Source: an uncultured Clostridia bacterium (GTDB lineage Bacteria > Bacillota > Clostridia > Christensenellales > CAG-917). From it: 64,000 nt of DNA. The notes under the pieces are model-generated. The model saw only the letters and a program-made list of their open reading frames with translations. It was not told the DNA's origin and did no database searches. The DNA is taken from assembly GCA_949283145.1 (NCBI GenBank), contig CASDRL010000068.1:1445-65444 (forward strand), in the 5' to 3' direction. Position 1 is the first letter of the stretch; each line of letters starts with the position of its first letter. This document shows, one piece after another, positions 62,179 to 64,000 of this stretch. Both the position numbers and the translations under genes were made by a program.

Positions 62179-63707
62179 TGGCAGGGCTCGGAAAACTTTA
62201 CCGCGATAAGGACGCGGTGCTCAAACACAGAGAATGGCGTGGTTTCAGAGACACCATGTACGACTTCTACCGTTGGCTCGTCAACTGGAAGGACATCCTG
62301 AAATTCGTCTTCCGTCAGCCCGTCTCGGTGGTGAAAGGGCTTTGGCGTTACCGTTGGATGGCGTCCTATCTCACCGTGCCCGCCTTCGTGGACAGGCATT
62401 TGCAGGGGCTCAGGGGACCGCAGCTGCGTATGGCGCACCTGCACTTCAACATGATCGTCAAGCACGCCACCGTCATCATAGGGACGAGTTTCCGCGCGGA
62501 CGAGAAACTGCACGGCAAAAACAAGCTCTCGGACAGGATCGTCTGCATGGACGAGCTCATCCCGATGGAGATCATGGCGGGCTTCCCCAACCTCATCGGC
62601 ATCCCGGTGCAGACCATGCCCATCTTCCTCTCCTCCATGGTGGACCAGCAGATCGTCCCGCCCTATCTCGACGTGGTGGAGAACTACGGCGTGCCCGCGG
62701 ACGTCTGTCCGCTGCCCTCGGGTGAGGCGGGCGTCGCCATCTGCGACGACTTCCCCAAGTTCGGCAAATGCTTCATCACCTGCAACATGCCCTGCGACGG
62801 GAGCATCATGACCACCTCCTTCCAGGACAGGCGTTTCAACCTGCCGTCGTATTGCCTGAACATCCCTCTCCGCTACACCGAAGAGGAGGTCCAGGAGTAC
62901 GCCCTCGAGGAGATAAAAGGGTGCATAAAGTTCATCGAAGAGCAGACGGGCGAGAAGTTCGATTGGGACGCCTATTTCGCAGCAATGAAGGTTTACAACC
63001 GCGAAACGGAGTATGAACTGCAGAAATGGGAGATAAACAAGACCAAGTACCCTCAGCTCACCGGCGCGAATTTCTGGCTCTATCGTCTCTATTATTTCCA
63101 CCTCAGCGGCGGCTTCGACAAGCGCTTCGGCAAGGTGGACAAGAAGGTCAACAAGATCATGCTCAAAGCGTATGAGAAAAAGACGCCCGTCTCCAAGGCG
63201 ATGCGTCACCGCGCCATAGTGTGGTCCTGTCCCGCAAACTACTACACCAACTTCGCCGCGTGGTTGGAGAACTGCTGGGGCATCAACGTCGTCATGGATA
63301 TGGAGACGATGATCTCCTACCTCATGTTCGATACCACGGACAAGGAGCAGTCCCTGCACGACCTCGCCAAGACCTATCAGCGCGTCACCATGCGCAAGCA
63401 CACCAAGGGCGGATACCGCAACGTCGTGGACGAGCTGTGGCGCATAGTCGAGGAGTTCGACGCAGACATGGTCATCATGTACGATCAGATCTCCTGCAAG
63501 GGTATGGCGGGCTTGCTCGGCGTCTTCGACGACCAAGCGAGAGAGCGTGACATCAACTTCATCTGGGTGCAGCAGGACCTCATGGACTGCCGCACCATCT
63601 CCCGCCGCGACATGCGCGAGCAAGTCAACAAATATATGACCTCCGTGTTGCAGGAAGAGCCCGTCGATCCCACCCTCGTGGACTTCGACGACACTCAAGC
63701 CTGGTGA
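62178..63707 (+). CDS. 2-hydroxyacyl-CoA dehydratase family (HGD-D) subunit, larger
   Basis: 509 aa. Contains DELIPMEIMAGFPNLIGIP, a Cys-rich stretch VCPLPSGEAGVAICDDFPKFGKCFITCNMPCDGS, and ..MYDQISCKGMAG.. It overlaps the upstream stop. GTG at 62175 is an alternative start. Confidence 0.75.
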   Translation: MAGLGKLYRDKDAVLKHREWRGFRDTMYDFYRWLVNWKDILKFVFRQPVSVVKGLWRYRWMASYLTVPAFVDRHLQGLRGPQLRMAHLHFNMIVKHATVIIGTSFRADEKLHGKNKLSDRIVCMDELIPMEIMAGFPNLIGIPVQTMPIFLSSMVDQQIVPPYLDVVENYGVPADVCPLPSGEAGVAICDDFPKFGKCFITCNMPCDGSIMTTSFQDRRFNLPSYCLNIPLRYTEEEVQEYALEEIKGCIKFIEEQTGEKFDWDAYFAAMKVYNRETEYELQKWEINKTKYPQLTGANFWLYRLYYFHLSGGFDKRFGKVDKKVNKIMLKAYEKKTPVSKAMRHRAIVWSCPANYYTNFAAWLENCWGINVVMDMETMISYLMFDTTDKEQSLHDLAKTYQRVTMRKHTKGGYRNVVDELWRIVEEFDADMVIMYDQISCKGMAGLLGVFDDQARERDINFIWVQQDLMDCRTISRRDMREQVNKYMTSVLQEEPVDPTLVDFDDTQAW

Positions 63708-63848
63708 CCGTTTCCGCCCGCGGAGCGCACCTTTCCGCGGCGACGGGCGCGGCATTGTGACAAGTTCCGCTTTCGACAATTCGCGGCGGAGTGAACGCCG
63801 CATGAACAGACAAGCGGATATCACCGACAGCGCACAAAACCACAAAAG

Positions 63849-63875
63849 AAAACGACCGGCTCAGCCGGTCGTTTT
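63849..63875. terminator. Bidirectional rho-independent terminator
   Basis: aaaacgaccggc tca gccggtcgtttt, a 12-bp stem including A/T runs on both sides. It lies between convergent genes. Confidence 0.8.
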
Positions 63876-63902
63876 GATTACAAGGGTGCGTTAAACGGTC
63901 TT

Positions 63903-64000
63903 TCAGTAGCCTTTGGAGCAGTCCACTTCGTTGCCCGTCGGTTTACCGTCCAGCCAGAGCAGTATGCGCTCGGTGATGTCCTCGACATAGCGGGAGTGTC
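63903..64000 (-). CDS. 3' end of an unidentified gene (5' part outside window)
   Basis: The minus-strand frame reads ...HSRYVEDITERILLWLDGKPTGNEVDCSKGY* and is open to the window edge. It is too short to assign. Confidence 0.4.
   Translation of the reverse strand, partial: HSRYVEDITERILLWLDGKPTGNEVDCSKGY

Noticed and set aside
1-64000. A search by eye for CRISPR arrays, rRNA genes and other tRNAs.
   Set aside because: I saw no regularly spaced 25-40-nt direct repeats and no rRNA-like conserved stretches. The only tRNA cloverleaf I could draw is at 4097-4173.

Overview
The window comes from a GC-rich chromosome. Single 60-nt lines sampled in core regions run about 65-68% GC. Gene order looks Firmicutes/Clostridia-like, which is inference only.

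Layout from left to right:
(1) Housekeeping block: dnaJ (3' part), prmA, rsmE, mtaB, a HIT protein, rpsU and tRNA-Val(CAC).
(2) A mosaic island of about 14.9 kb with lower GC, inserted at the tRNA 3' end. It is bounded by a 37-nt imperfect direct repeat (4165-4201 / 19012-19048). It carries a Phd antitoxin with a truncated ParE-like toxin, a DUF4238-like + RES-domain gene pair, and a Sau3AI-like restriction-modification locus with two paralogous C5 methyltransferases plus Vsr. It also carries four uncharacterised genes: a PIN-like 372-aa protein, an overlapping 145/386-aa pair, and a 658-aa membrane-anchored protein. A GC-rich non-coding block holds a perfect 27-bp hairpin and an internal tRNA-3'-end remnant. 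The island ends with an IS200-like tnpA pseudogene and an AAA+/DUF4143-type ATPase. No integrase lies inside it.
(3) Minus-strand rhamnose utilisation locus: rhaD, fucO, rhaA, rhaB, a GH78 rhamnosidase, a GPH transporter with a roughly 260-aa coiled-coil tail, and a divergent AraC regulator.
(4) A HIRAN + UvrD-like helicase pair next to a tyrosine recombinase.
(5) A tandemly duplicated module of a GH18 lipoprotein plus an unknown lipoprotein.
(6) An amidohydrolase, an alpha/beta hydrolase, an esterase and an XRE regulator.
(7) A purine operon (purE-purM-purN-IMP cyclohydrolase-AICARFT-purD-purL-guaB-folD) behind a structured terminator-containing leader that I cannot assign to a known riboswitch class.
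(8) A compact six-gene operon with a CooC/MinD-like CxC ATPase, an HgdC-type activase, a small membrane protein, a Cys-motif protein and two 2-hydroxyacyl-CoA-dehydratase-family subunits.

The best candidates for undescribed biology are the uncharacterised island genes at 11131-16768, the DUF4238-RES pair, and the CooC/activase/HAD-like operon.

Many very long ORFs in the track are antisense shadows of real genes and were rejected. No CRISPR array or rRNA was seen.
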